The notes beneath the pieces are model-generated. The model did no database searches. It worked only from the letters and a program-made list of their open reading frames with translations, and was not told the origin of the DNA. A stretch of DNA of 64,000 bases, from assembly GCA_031411135.1 (NCBI GenBank), contig JANOAN010000006.1, positions 272 to 64,271 on the forward strand. The letters are read 5' to 3'. Numbering within the stretch: the first letter of the stretch is position 1; the number at the start of each line of letters is the position of its first letter. The DNA comes from a bacterium. GTDB lineage: Bacteria; Patescibacteriota; Minisyncoccia; Phycocordibacterales; CAIZLB01. Shown one piece after another: positions 8,817 to 18,850 of the stretch. Position numbers and translations under genes: made by a program.

Positions 8817-9589
8817 AAAGGGCTGCGGATTCTAAGTTTGAATGAGGTTAAAATCAGCCTCAGGTAGGCTTTAAGCAAGGCTAGAATGTAAAGAGGGTAG
8901 TCAGCGCTGTGGCGCTTTACCAACATGAGATGAATTTTGTTCATTTTTTGACGTCTCGAAAGTGTTAAGCCACTTGCCCGTTGTGTATACTCTATTTCGC
9001 AGTTTCGCAGGTTCGCAAATTTTCCATAAAGCCCCATGGAAAGCCATAATTCGTATTCTTCTGCTAATCGCAATTCTGAGAAACCACCAGCTTTTAAATA
9101 TGCCTCTTTTCTGAATAATACAGAAGAAGTTACAAATGGATTGTGAAGAAAAATGTGCCTTTTAATTTCCTCATCGGTTTTTTCAGATTCAAATATAAAT
9201 AAAATCTTGCCTTCTTCGTCTACAAAACGCACGTGGTCAGAGCCTACCAAAACGTGATCTGGATTTTCCAAAAGAAAGTTTTTTTGTGTTTCTAATTTTT
9301 CAGATGAAATCCAAAAATCATCATCGTCGAGGATGGCAATAAATTCTCCTTGGGATTTTTCAATCGCGAGAGTGCGTGCTTTTCCTGGTCCAACGTTTTC
9401 GGTTAATAAAATTAATTTTATTCTAGAATCTTCAGTCGACATTCTTTTGACTTTCTCTTCCGTATCATCTGTAGATGCGTCTGAAATAACGATAATTTCA
9501 AAATCCTTTTCAGTTTGAGCCTGAATGCTTTTTATCGCCCTTTCTATAGTAGGGGATCCATTTTTGGTTGTAATTATAATACTTATCAT
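8813..9589 (-). CDS. Glycosyltransferase family 2
   Basis: Motifs ISIIITTKN, DASTD and ILDDDD. Confidence 0.9.
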   Translation of the reverse strand: MISIIITTKNGSPTIERAIKSIQAQTEKDFEIIVISDASTDDTEEKVKRMSTEDSRIKLILLTENVGPGKARTLAIEKSQGEFIAILDDDDFWISSEKLETQKNFLLENPDHVLVGSDHVRFVDEEGKILFIFESEKTDEEIKRHIFLHNPFVTSSVLFRKEAYLKAGGFSELRLAEEYELWLSMGLYGKFANLRNCEIEYTQRASGLTLSRRQKMNKIHLMLVKRHSADYPLYILALLKAYLRLILTSFKLRIRSPF

Positions 9590-10467
9590 ATGCGTATCCA
9601 TGCGGGTGGGCAGACATCCTTAGTGTTAATGTAAGGGTTCCTAATCCATTTTTCTGGAGCAATTACAATTTTTTCTGAATTACGATTGAGCCACGCACCC
9701 CACCAACTGAAACTAGAATTGGCGATAATATTGTGGTCGCAAAGACTCATGATGTGAAGTTCTTCGTAATCTTGTATCGGTACCGTTGTATAAGATATAT
9801 AAGCTATATCATATCCCACAAGAATTAAGTTTTCTTTGACCCAAGGTATCTCATCTGAGAATATGTAAATTTTAAGATTTTCTTTAGAAATTTTTGAAGT
9901 TAAATATGCTAGTGCTTTGTGGTAGTAGTCCATTGTTAGAATATTGTGTTGTTCTGAAGCGTATGGGTTTGAGATGAAGTCTCCACGACGCACATGAATT
10001 GATACAGTTTTCTTTACTCCAGATGATTTTGTTTTAACAATTTCAGTTGCAATTTTTTCTGCGTCATATCCTAACTTATTTTTTAAAGTAAATTCATGTT
10101 TGATTGTATCTGTGATGTGTCTGAAGTACTTTTCATTATTCCAAAAACCTTCTAGGTATATTGCATTGGAGTGGGCAAGTGAGGGGTGATATGAAAAGTC
10201 ATTTAGACGGAGTAGTCGGCGTTTTATTTTACGCATAAATATTGAAGCTCTAGTTTTAAAGTGTCTTGTGACCACAGGGTTGGCTATTTGAGCTTGTATG
10301 TTGTATGCGCCTAAAGAGTAATGCCTTTTGGTATCTATTTTAGGTTCATTTCCAAAAATAGAAGCATCCAGAAATAACTGCTCATGTCGGCGCATAGCCA
10401 ATGCTCTTCCAAAAGCATATTGAAACATTTGATTTCCGAGGCCACCTTTAAGACGGATGATTAACAT
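9586..10467 (-). CDS. Alpha-1,2-fucosyltransferase (GT11)
   Basis: Motifs GGLGNQMFQYA, HVRRGD and NSSFSWWGAWL. Confidence 0.93.
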   Translation of the reverse strand: MLIIRLKGGLGNQMFQYAFGRALAMRRHEQLFLDASIFGNEPKIDTKRHYSLGAYNIQAQIANPVVTRHFKTRASIFMRKIKRRLLRLNDFSYHPSLAHSNAIYLEGFWNNEKYFRHITDTIKHEFTLKNKLGYDAEKIATEIVKTKSSGVKKTVSIHVRRGDFISNPYASEQHNILTMDYYHKALAYLTSKISKENLKIYIFSDEIPWVKENLILVGYDIAYISYTTVPIQDYEELHIMSLCDHNIIANSSFSWWGAWLNRNSEKIVIAPEKWIRNPYINTKDVCPPAWIRI

Positions 10468-10477
10468 GTTAAACTAA

Positions 10478-11227
10478 TTATAGTCTAACAAACCAAAAAC
10501 AACCACAGGCGTATTTTGCAGATTCGGTCATTTTTGGATCTGCGTTTCTTACCAAACCACCGTCTTTTCCGTCTTCTGGTATAAATGAAAATTCTTTTAG
10601 TGTGAATTCAGGATCTATAATAAGCGAAGTTATTTGGCTATATGTATAAATTCTATGAGCATTAAATTCAATTATAGATTTCCCTCCAATTGGGACAACA
10701 ATGAGCAGGTTCCCACCACTAGCAACGGCCCTTTTTAGCTCATTAATAGCCTTTATATCTCCCATGGCATCGATTGGATCTCCATAACGCCCAAGTCCAA
10801 TGTGCTCTATTGTGTGCATGCATGATATGGACTTAACACTTTTATCAGCAAATGGCAGATTATGAAGATTTCCTTCTTTTGATTCTAAATTTGAAAGATC
10901 AAGTTTTGCTGGACGATAATCATAAAAATGAACAGGAATGAAAGCTGAAACTATTCCAGAAAAATATAAACTGGACGAAATATCTACGTGATATTCAGGA
11001 TTGATTTCTTTAACAACTCGAGCGGCCCATGAGGTGTGATAAACATAGTGTCTATCAAAACCAGTTTCGATTGTTCGGTCCTTAATCTGAGGAAAAATAT
11101 TTTTAAATGACATATCAAATCTTTCTGAACCGACATTTCTTTTAAATGCGTAATAATCTGGCATAACAAAAGGAGACAGGACGAAGCGAATGGTTTTTTT
11201 GATTATATTTTTTATTTGTGTTTTCAT
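10478..11227 (-). CDS. DUF268-like SAM-dependent methyltransferase
   Basis: Motifs SCMHTIEHIGLGRYGDPID and FNAHRIY. Confidence 0.8.
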   Translation of the reverse strand: MKTQIKNIIKKTIRFVLSPFVMPDYYAFKRNVGSERFDMSFKNIFPQIKDRTIETGFDRHYVYHTSWAARVVKEINPEYHVDISSSLYFSGIVSAFIPVHFYDYRPAKLDLSNLESKEGNLHNLPFADKSVKSISCMHTIEHIGLGRYGDPIDAMGDIKAINELKRAVASGGNLLIVVPIGGKSIIEFNAHRIYTYSQITSLIIDPEFTLKEFSFIPEDGKDGGLVRNADPKMTESAKYACGCFWFVRL

Positions 11228-11228
11228 G

Positions 11229-12158
11229 TTATATATTTTGTATAATATTTAAATATTCCGCAGTTGTTTTTTTATCGGTAAACATGCTCAAAGACTTTTC
11301 CCTAGGTTTAAAATTATCAAGATCATTTAAAAAATCAAATATAACTTTTTCTAAGCTATCACTTTCTTTAAAAAATCTTCCTGTTGAATCATCAAGATAT
11401 GGTGCTGAAATAAGTGGGTCTTCCCAAGAATCACCATTATATTGCCATTTTTCTGTGTTTAGTACTAGGGTTGCGATATTTCGCACCCAAGCCTCGCATA
11501 ATGCCAAGCTTTGGCTTTCTGATTTTCCTATGTGTATCATGAAATCACAGTTAATAAGTTTTTTGAAATATTCTTCTTTTTTAAACTTTCCGTAGATGAT
11601 AGTGTCTATTTTTACTTTTAATTTATCACATATTTTGTGTATATTTTCCAAACCCTTGTAATCAAAATTTTTTAAGTATATTAAGCAACTTCTATTAATG
11701 TTATCCCTTTGGTTGTATTCAGATGGTATCTCAACGCCAGCAAACCACACCTTAATTTTATTTTTTTGATCAGGTATTTTGCTTTCATAATAATTTTTGA
11801 CCCAATCGGAGGGACATAAAATTAGATCTATTTCAGGTGATGTTAAAATTTTATTGCAATCAAGCGGGGACACAACAATTGTCGGCCCCGCAATTAGCGT
11901 TTTTATTCTTCCAAGTTTTTTTTGATCAATAGCCCAACGCAAGGTTTCCGTGCCGTATATCACATGTACAAATTCTGAATTATCAGAGTTCATTTTTTTA
12001 GGATTTAGAATGTAAGAAATATTTAATTCATTAAAACCTCTTATCAAGCTCTGTTTAACAGCATATGGACCACCCTTTTTCCCTAAAAAGGTTTTTACTC
12101 TGTCTTTTATATTTTCAATGCTGAAGATAGAAGGTGGTCTTGTTAGGAGGGTAATCAT
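11229..12158 (-). CDS. Putative glycosyltransferase (GT-B-like)
   Basis: PSDWVKNYY and ESQSLALCEAW (EX7E-like); lies inside the glycan cluster. Confidence 0.65.
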   Translation of the reverse strand: MITLLTRPPSIFSIENIKDRVKTFLGKKGGPYAVKQSLIRGFNELNISYILNPKKMNSDNSEFVHVIYGTETLRWAIDQKKLGRIKTLIAGPTIVVSPLDCNKILTSPEIDLILCPSDWVKNYYESKIPDQKNKIKVWFAGVEIPSEYNQRDNINRSCLIYLKNFDYKGLENIHKICDKLKVKIDTIIYGKFKKEEYFKKLINCDFMIHIGKSESQSLALCEAWVRNIATLVLNTEKWQYNGDSWEDPLISAPYLDDSTGRFFKESDSLEKVIFDFLNDLDNFKPREKSLSMFTDKKTTAEYLNIIQNI

Positions 12159-12194
12159 TGGTTAATTTTAGCTTTTTTGATTGGGTTTTTCAAT

Positions 12195-13445
12195 TTACTT
12201 AACGTTACTATTTTGAACTGCATCGACTACCCAATTTTCAAATTGATTAATAATATTTTTAACTAAAAACATTTTTCCACTCTTTTCTTTTGCGAGCATC
12301 CCCATTTTTTGGAGTTCACCTGTCTTCTTTTTATTCGCATATTCAGTAATATACTTTTTATAAGTTTCAATATCTCCCTTGTCTGCCACTCGAGAAAATG
12401 ATTTATCGAGATATTCAAGATGAGCGTTCCAAATATTTGATTTGTGAGTAATTATAGGTTTTCCTGACAACATCGACTCTACTATGTTTAATCCGAAAGA
12501 CTCACCATCGTTTCTGAAATGGGCTAGGGCATCAATAGCAGCATGAAATGCCCAAACGTCTTGCTCTGAGGAACTGGGTTGCAAAATATGAACATTTTGT
12601 ATTTTTTCATCATCTAACATTTTTAACAATATAGGTGGTGGTGACATGATGATGTAGTGAATATCCGCTCGCACTTTCAAAGCAAGTTTAAAAGCTTCAA
12701 TTCCAATTGGATCAAATATTCCATTGTCAGCTCTACCAATTCGTCCAAAGACAATGTCATCTTCTTTTATGCCAAAACCTTCTCTAATCTTTTTTCCAAG
12801 CTCGACTGAATTTTCAAAAGGACCTTCCGAAGGAACTGGGTAAACTTTTATTTTTTTATTTGGAACGATAGGTGATAGCTTGCTTGCAACTTCTTTCGAT
12901 ATACATAGGTGGTACTTAATATTTTTCTGGACATTAGGAAGACCAAAAATATTTAAAAGAATAATCGGGATATTTTTAATAATACTAAAAGGATAGTTTG
13001 CATTACCTGAGTCAGCGACGACAAGTAAGTCAATGTTAAGTGCTTTAATAATTTTTTTAATATCAGGGTTCATTCCATTAACAAAATAAGGAGGATTACT
13101 TTGCTTAGCTTTATAGTCAAAGGGAATCCCGATAACTCCACCTAAATTAATGTAATCAAGACGGTCTTTGTGCCTATCGTTCAAACCCATTAGGCTTGGG
13201 TATAAATAAAAAACATCATATTTTTCTTTGTCGATATGACGTGCAAGTATTTGAAGAAATTTTTCAGTACCAGCAAAACCTAAACTATCTATATGATAAA
13301 AAAGTAGCCTGCTCTTTTTATTTACTTCTTTTATATCAATTAGTCTTGAAAATCGTGAATACCAAACCACATATTGTTCACGAATCCACCAATATAGTTT
13401 ATTTTGGCTCTTAAATTTTTTATTAATTGATGTAAAAAATGACAT
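12195..13445 (-). CDS. Glycosyltransferase family 4
   Basis: EX7E motif ESFGLNIVESMLSGKPII; AGTEK near the N-terminus. Confidence 0.85.
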   Translation of the reverse strand: MSFFTSINKKFKSQNKLYWWIREQYVVWYSRFSRLIDIKEVNKKSRLLFYHIDSLGFAGTEKFLQILARHIDKEKYDVFYLYPSLMGLNDRHKDRLDYINLGGVIGIPFDYKAKQSNPPYFVNGMNPDIKKIIKALNIDLLVVADSGNANYPFSIIKNIPIILLNIFGLPNVQKNIKYHLCISKEVASKLSPIVPNKKIKVYPVPSEGPFENSVELGKKIREGFGIKEDDIVFGRIGRADNGIFDPIGIEAFKLALKVRADIHYIIMSPPPILLKMLDDEKIQNVHILQPSSSEQDVWAFHAAIDALAHFRNDGESFGLNIVESMLSGKPIITHKSNIWNAHLEYLDKSFSRVADKGDIETYKKYITEYANKKKTGELQKMGMLAKEKSGKMFLVKNIINQFENWVVDAVQNSNVK

Positions 13446-13446
13446 C

Positions 13447-14574
13447 TTAGTTTTTTATGTACTTCTCTGCATTTTTCTCAAGAACAGAACGCTTTTCTTT
13501 GTACCACTTAATAGTCGCTTCAATTCCTTTACTAAACTTTGTCTCTGGGATATTTCCAAGCTTCTTAAGTTTTGCTGCGTCTTGATATTGATCAGGAATT
13601 TCTATGAAGTTTGCAGGCTTTCCGATTATTATTGGTGCAATATTTGATATCTTTTTGTTTAAGATTGAAATAACATCACTTACGCTCTTGATATTCTCAC
13701 ATTTTTTCAAATTAGCCGTGTCTTTTTCAGTGTATGAACCAAGGTTAAATGCTGGCCAACCGTATACATCACTGCCACTCTTCGGCATGTTTTTAGAATT
13801 TTCACCATAGTATTCCTCGATTTTTTCTCCTAATAATAAATACGAATTAACTACATCTTTGATATAAATATATTCTCTAAGAACTTTTTCGTTACCAAGA
13901 TTAATCACGGGTGCTTTTCCAGCGATTAGTTTCATTATTGTTCTTGGGATAAGACGAGTGAAGTTTAAGTCACCAGGGCCATACACATTACATGATCTGG
14001 TAATTGCAACTGGAATTTTAAACTGAAATGCATAAGTTTGTGCCAGCATGTCGGTGCAGACTTTGGACGCGCTGTAAATATCTAACCCACGAAGCGCATA
14101 AGTTTCTTTGTAGGGTAGTTTTTCAGAATTTCCGGTTGAGTGGTCACCATATGATTTGTCAGTTGATGCAATAATAACTCTTGGAATTTTGTTTATTCTT
14201 GCGACCTCAAGTAAATTTAAAGTTGGGATAATGTTGTTTTCTGCTGTTGAAAGTGGGGAATTAGCCGCATTACTAACAATTGCAGTTGCAGCTAAGTGAA
14301 AGATTGTATCAATCTGGTGTCTGTCGCAAATCTGTCTAACCTCTTGATAACTAAAAAGATCTGTAGCTTCAATGTCCGGTCGATCTATCTTTGTTTTTTT
14401 ACCTTTAACTGAACTAAGCAATTCTAGTGTGCTCAAAGGACGCTGATGTCTAATTGTGGCCACAACAACAGCATCAAGCTCTAAAAGTGCCTTTATTAAG
14501 TGTGCTGCTGCAAATCCGTCTCCACCAGTAACCAATACACGCTTGCCGAACCAAAAATTTTTCTTCTTTTTCAT
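13447..14574 (-). CDS. NAD-dependent NDP-sugar dehydratase/epimerase
   Basis: Motifs VLVTGGDGF, STDKSYG, YSASK and NVYGPGD. Confidence 0.9.
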   Translation of the reverse strand: MKKKKNFWFGKRVLVTGGDGFAAAHLIKALLELDAVVVATIRHQRPLSTLELLSSVKGKKTKIDRPDIEATDLFSYQEVRQICDRHQIDTIFHLAATAIVSNAANSPLSTAENNIIPTLNLLEVARINKIPRVIIASTDKSYGDHSTGNSEKLPYKETYALRGLDIYSASKVCTDMLAQTYAFQFKIPVAITRSCNVYGPGDLNFTRLIPRTIMKLIAGKAPVINLGNEKVLREYIYIKDVVNSYLLLGEKIEEYYGENSKNMPKSGSDVYGWPAFNLGSYTEKDTANLKKCENIKSVSDVISILNKKISNIAPIIIGKPANFIEIPDQYQDAAKLKKLGNIPETKFSKGIEATIKWYKEKRSVLEKNAEKYIKN

Positions 14575-14595
14575 AAAATTAGAACAAGTCTAGCA

Positions 14596-15489
14596 TTACT
14601 TTTCATTGGAAATCAACACCTTGTCTAATATGTTATTGTGTTTTGCAGGGTTTAAAAATAGATACATGTTTACACCATCAGGTCGTTCGTTTATTGAGAA
14701 TTCTTTTACTTTGCTTCCTGCTAAAATATAGGCCTTGTATCCTTTATCGATTAAGTATTCAAAAGTTTCCTGAAATTTATTATTTATGTAATTTCTACCT
14801 AAATTTTTCATACTATAAGCAATTTCAACGAATAAAATAGGGGACGTGTCTTTCAGGGTAGTATTTGCACCTTTAAGAACCTCAAGTTCGTATCCTTCAG
14901 TATCAATTTTTATAAAATCAGGAGTTTTTAGGTTATCGGAATGAATTAAATCATCCAAGCGTTTCAATTTAATATTTTCAGTTTCAGAGTTTTCTGCGTC
15001 ACTAAAAGATGCATTAATTGTTGATCCAGAACCCGCAAGGTGGATTTTGGTTTCACTGTTCTCATCTCCAAGAGCAAAATCATAGATTTTTACATTATCG
15101 CCTATTTCATTAATCGAAATATTTTCTTTCAATACTTTTAAGTGGGACTTTACAGGTTCAAAAGAATAAACAGTACTTTTGTTAAATAATCTTCCAGCAA
15201 TAATTCCATAGTACCCAGTGTTTGCTCCAACATCATAAAAATTAAAGTTTTCAGGTAGTAATTTTAATATATTAAGCACTAGCTCCGTCTCTTCTTTTTC
15301 CACAATACCATTTCGAAATATTCCATAAGAAATGTCAGAAGTGTCAAAAATGTTACCTGCATACCAAAAACCAAGATTCGATTTTACTGCCATAAGAGGA
15401 ACCTCACTGTTTTTGTATGTCCAAATAGCTTTTAATCCAAAAAACGAATTAATTTTTTCTATTAATTTTATATAAATTTTTTTAAACAT
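14596..15489 (-). CDS. FkbM-family methyltransferase
   Basis: Motifs DVGANTGYY, SFEP and IKIDTEGYELEVLKG. Confidence 0.92.
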   Translation of the reverse strand: MFKKIYIKLIEKINSFFGLKAIWTYKNSEVPLMAVKSNLGFWYAGNIFDTSDISYGIFRNGIVEKEETELVLNILKLLPENFNFYDVGANTGYYGIIAGRLFNKSTVYSFEPVKSHLKVLKENISINEIGDNVKIYDFALGDENSETKIHLAGSGSTINASFSDAENSETENIKLKRLDDLIHSDNLKTPDFIKIDTEGYELEVLKGANTTLKDTSPILFVEIAYSMKNLGRNYINNKFQETFEYLIDKGYKAYILAGSKVKEFSINERPDGVNMYLFLNPAKHNNILDKVLISNEK

Positions 15490-16430
15490 CTTTTTATATT
15501 ATTTTTAATATTGTTTATTTTGACTAATATTTCAGGATAAAATTTTGGTATCGGATTTCTTTTGTTTTGCTCAGTAAACATAGCATGTAGGGTGCCTACG
15601 TGCCAAATATCTAATTCTTCAAAAAACAGTATTCCATATGATTTAAACCAACTGAGAATTTGCTCTAGGTGCCACTCACTTGGTTTCCCCGGATCGACTA
15701 CCTCTATAGCTTCAGGAATCATTTTTAACCATTCATGTGGCGTTTCAAAAATTACTGCCCCGGAAGACCCACTTGCTTTGTACTTATTGTTTATATATTG
15801 TGAGCTTTTCTTGCCTTCAATTTTTTCTGATGCTTTATACCAAGCTTGTTTTGTCTGTGAAGCTTCCCAAGCAACATATTGAAAATGAAGTAATGGTTGT
15901 TCAGGTAGTTTTATAATTTCAGAAGTTGCGGGTATCCGTGGCGCATGATCATTGATTGTAAGTTCTCTGTTGTAATCCAAAGATTCGTTATCGATAAATC
16001 CAATTGTTTTATAGTTATTTTCCCAAACTCCATCTTTTCTGTAATGCTGAGCATCTTTCCATAATTGGATCCACGGGAGTTGAAAAGATAGTGTTTCGTC
16101 TTTATTTTTTGCAATTTCCTCCATCGCTTCAACTGTTTTTTTTGAAAGCATTTCATCCGCATCAATACACAAAACTAATTTTTGTTCGTTGTCGTTAATG
16201 TATGTTTTTCTCATGTAATCCAAAAGTAACCACCTAACAGAATTACTGTGACCGACGGAGGTATTTTCAATCACGGTAACTTTGGGGAATTCTTTGTATA
16301 TATCTCTTGATCCATCAGTTGATCCTTGGTCTGCAACAATAATATGATCTGCAAACGAGCTAAAGTTTTTTAGACTTTGTCTTAAAATCCAAGATTCGTT
16401 TTTAACAGGTAGTAGGACTATTTTCTTCAT
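15468..16430 (-). CDS. Glycosyltransferase family 2
   Basis: Motifs PVKNE, DQGSTDGS and IDADE. Confidence 0.85.
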   Translation of the reverse strand: MKKIVLLPVKNESWILRQSLKNFSSFADHIIVADQGSTDGSRDIYKEFPKVTVIENTSVGHSNSVRWLLLDYMRKTYINDNEQKLVLCIDADEMLSKKTVEAMEEIAKNKDETLSFQLPWIQLWKDAQHYRKDGVWENNYKTIGFIDNESLDYNRELTINDHAPRIPATSEIIKLPEQPLLHFQYVAWEASQTKQAWYKASEKIEGKKSSQYINNKYKASGSSGAVIFETPHEWLKMIPEAIEVVDPGKPSEWHLEQILSWFKSYGILFFEELDIWHVGTLHAMFTEQNKRNPIPKFYPEILVKINNIKNNIKRCLKKFI

Positions 16431-17140
16431 ATCTTGTTTGCTAATTCAAGCACCCTCTTGTTCTCATCAAGCTGGCGGGTGTCCTTACTCCCACTCAGGC
16501 TAGCGCCGTTATTTTTAAATATACCACCTAGTTGGTCGATTTTAATGAAGTTCAAGTTGTTCCTTGCTGCTCTGGTTGCCCATTCATAGTCCCCAGCTAT
16601 GCGGAATGTGTCGTCGAATAATCCATTCACCTCAAATGCTTTTTTTGTTGCAGCAAAGAAGGGTCCAATGTGCATTTCTTTCAGGAATCTTGTCTTGTCA
16701 AAATCAATTACTTTAATCTTTTTTACTTTTACCAAAATGTCGATTCCGAGTATCTTAATGTATCTTTTGTATATAAATGGAAAGTAAGCCACTGTTGGTT
16801 CTTTGGGTTTAATTTCATCTAATAGTGTTTTAATTGCAGAAGAAAAACGTATATCATCTACATTCCAGAATGTAATAACGTCATATTTAGATTCGCTTAC
16901 TCCGAAATTCCAAGTGGCATATAATGATTCTCTTTTTCTTTCGACTAATCTAATGTTCTTACTCTCAAGCATAGTAGCCTTAATTAAATTAATCTCAAAA
17001 GGAGAGGGGTCATTGGGAAGAATTAAAAACTCATGTTTTACTCCCATTTTATCTAGTTCAGTATCAACTTTTCTAATTGACTTTAAAAAAGTCGGTAAGT
17101 GTTTTTCAGATTTGTACGTTGAAGTAATTATGGTTATCAT
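16427..17140 (-). CDS. Glycosyltransferase family 2
   Basis: Motifs ITIITSTY, WNVDD and FDDTFRIAGDYEW. Confidence 0.85.
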   Translation of the reverse strand: MITIITSTYKSEKHLPTFLKSIRKVDTELDKMGVKHEFLILPNDPSPFEINLIKATMLESKNIRLVERKRESLYATWNFGVSESKYDVITFWNVDDIRFSSAIKTLLDEIKPKEPTVAYFPFIYKRYIKILGIDILVKVKKIKVIDFDKTRFLKEMHIGPFFAATKKAFEVNGLFDDTFRIAGDYEWATRAARNNLNFIKIDQLGGIFKNNGASLSGSKDTRQLDENKRVLELANKI

Positions 17141-17144
17141 ATTT

Positions 17145-17966
17145 TTACTTTTTTATTTCAATAAAGTAGAAAGATCCAACAAAAGGAATAATCTTGCCTA
17201 ATACTTTATCCATTCCAACCCATAACATTAATCCTAATTGAAATTTAGTCATGAAAAATTTTCTCAAAAAATACGGTAAGGGGATTATATTTACACCAGT
17301 TCTATTAATTATTTTAAACCCTGCATTCTTGATCATTTTTTCAATTTTCCAGAACGGGAAAGAAATGTGACGTATCATCTCCCATTCTGGATAGGGGATT
17401 TTATTTACACTTTCTGATTCAGTGACTTTTAAATTTTTCTCAGCTAATTTTTTCATTATCTCACGGTGATTTTTTAAGTTTCTAACTTTTAAATAAAATA
17501 AACTAAAAGCATTTGGCATTGAAATTAAAATTCGACCGCTGTCACTAAGTACTCGTTTCATCTCAAGTAATGCTTTAGCCTCATCAGGAATATGTTCTAA
17601 AACCTCGCAGCAAATAATCGAATCGATTGAAGAATTACCAAGAGGGATTTTTCGTAGATCAACTTTCTCAGAGCTTATGTTTGTATACTTAATTGTATTT
17701 TGTCGCGCTTTGTTTAATTCAGTATCATCAAATTCATACATATATACATGCTTAAAAATAGGCGAAGCAAGAGCACTATAGGGTCCAAGTCCGGCGCCTG
17801 CGTCAAGAAACGTGTGGTTTTTGTCTGAATGATACTTAATAAATTGTATGGTTCGACGAGCTTTCAGGTAGTGGTAATATCTTACATTCGAAAAAGGATC
17901 TTCATATTTATGAAAGGAGTCCATTTCAGGGATTGGGATTATTTTTTCCAGAGAATCACTTTGCAT
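17145..17966 (-). CDS. Class I SAM-dependent methyltransferase
   Basis: Motifs LDAGAGLG, EVLEHI and MKRVL. Confidence 0.9.
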   Translation of the reverse strand: MQSDSLEKIIPIPEMDSFHKYEDPFSNVRYYHYLKARRTIQFIKYHSDKNHTFLDAGAGLGPYSALASPIFKHVYMYEFDDTELNKARQNTIKYTNISSEKVDLRKIPLGNSSIDSIICCEVLEHIPDEAKALLEMKRVLSDSGRILISMPNAFSLFYLKVRNLKNHREIMKKLAEKNLKVTESESVNKIPYPEWEMIRHISFPFWKIEKMIKNAGFKIINRTGVNIIPLPYFLRKFFMTKFQLGLMLWVGMDKVLGKIIPFVGSFYFIEIKK

Positions 17967-18846
17967 ATATTTTTTTAATGTTAAGTCTTAAATTTTTAAA
18001 AATCAGGAAAACATTAATCCATATTCTGTTGATTAATGAAATCAAACTGAGATTATTGTTAAGTATTTTACCATCAATAAATTTTAATTTTTTATAGTTC
18101 ATTCTAAGGTTCCAAATCACTTGATCTTTGTGATCATTTGGAGAAGTCCACCCAGCATATTGTAAGGCTGAATGTGAATGATAACTCGGGTTATTTTTTC
18201 TAGCAAAGATTGTAAGTAGGGTAGTGTCATGTCTAAAATATTCACAGTCACGCACATAGTCTGTTTTATTTACTCCTTTATTTTTCCAAAGCTCAGTTTT
18301 TGAAAATCCAAGGCAGTATCCTTTCTTGGCGTATTCAAACATCTCATCTAGGTTTTTAGAAAGTGATCCTGCTTTTTTAAATCCAAAGATACCAGCTGTT
18401 ATAGCATTTTCATTAAGGGTTGCATTTTCAATATTAAACGTCTTAATGTAATCGACTGGCATCATCTTTATACCTTTAACATCTTGATCAACAGTAAAAT
18501 ATCCATCATTGTCAATTTCAGAAAATATTTCATCCAACGGCTTTAGAATCTGGCAGCCAGCATCTATGTAAAAGTTTAAATCTGCTAATGGTTTTGTAAA
18601 TATATAAGTCTTCCAGGTATAGCATGCGCGCCAAAATGGTGAAAAATGCGGGATATTAATAACTTCAACCCATTTAATTTTTTCCAATTCTTTTCTAAAA
18701 GTATAGAAGAGTCCAATGTCGTACACGTACACCTTTGGATGATTTGGATAATTTATATGCAATGAACCGAGCATGTTTATTAATGAAGGAAAAAATTTAC
18801 TAGAAGCGGAAGTTATTATGCATTTTGTTTTTTCAGAATCATCCAT
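17956..18846 (-). CDS. Putative GT-A glycosyltransferase (DUF1647-like)
   Basis: IITSASSKFF, VYDIGL, YTWK, IDAG and RHD. The start is moved to ATG 18846 to avoid overlapping the flippase. Confidence 0.6.
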   Translation of the reverse strand: MDDSEKTKCIITSASSKFFPSLINMLGSLHINYPNHPKVYVYDIGLFYTFRKELEKIKWVEVINIPHFSPFWRACYTWKTYIFTKPLADLNFYIDAGCQILKPLDEIFSEIDNDGYFTVDQDVKGIKMMPVDYIKTFNIENATLNENAITAGIFGFKKAGSLSKNLDEMFEYAKKGYCLGFSKTELWKNKGVNKTDYVRDCEYFRHDTTLLTIFARKNNPSYHSHSALQYAGWTSPNDHKDQVIWNLRMNYKKLKFIDGKILNNNLSLISLINRIWINVFLIFKNLRLNIKKIYAK

Positions 18847-18850
18847 TTGT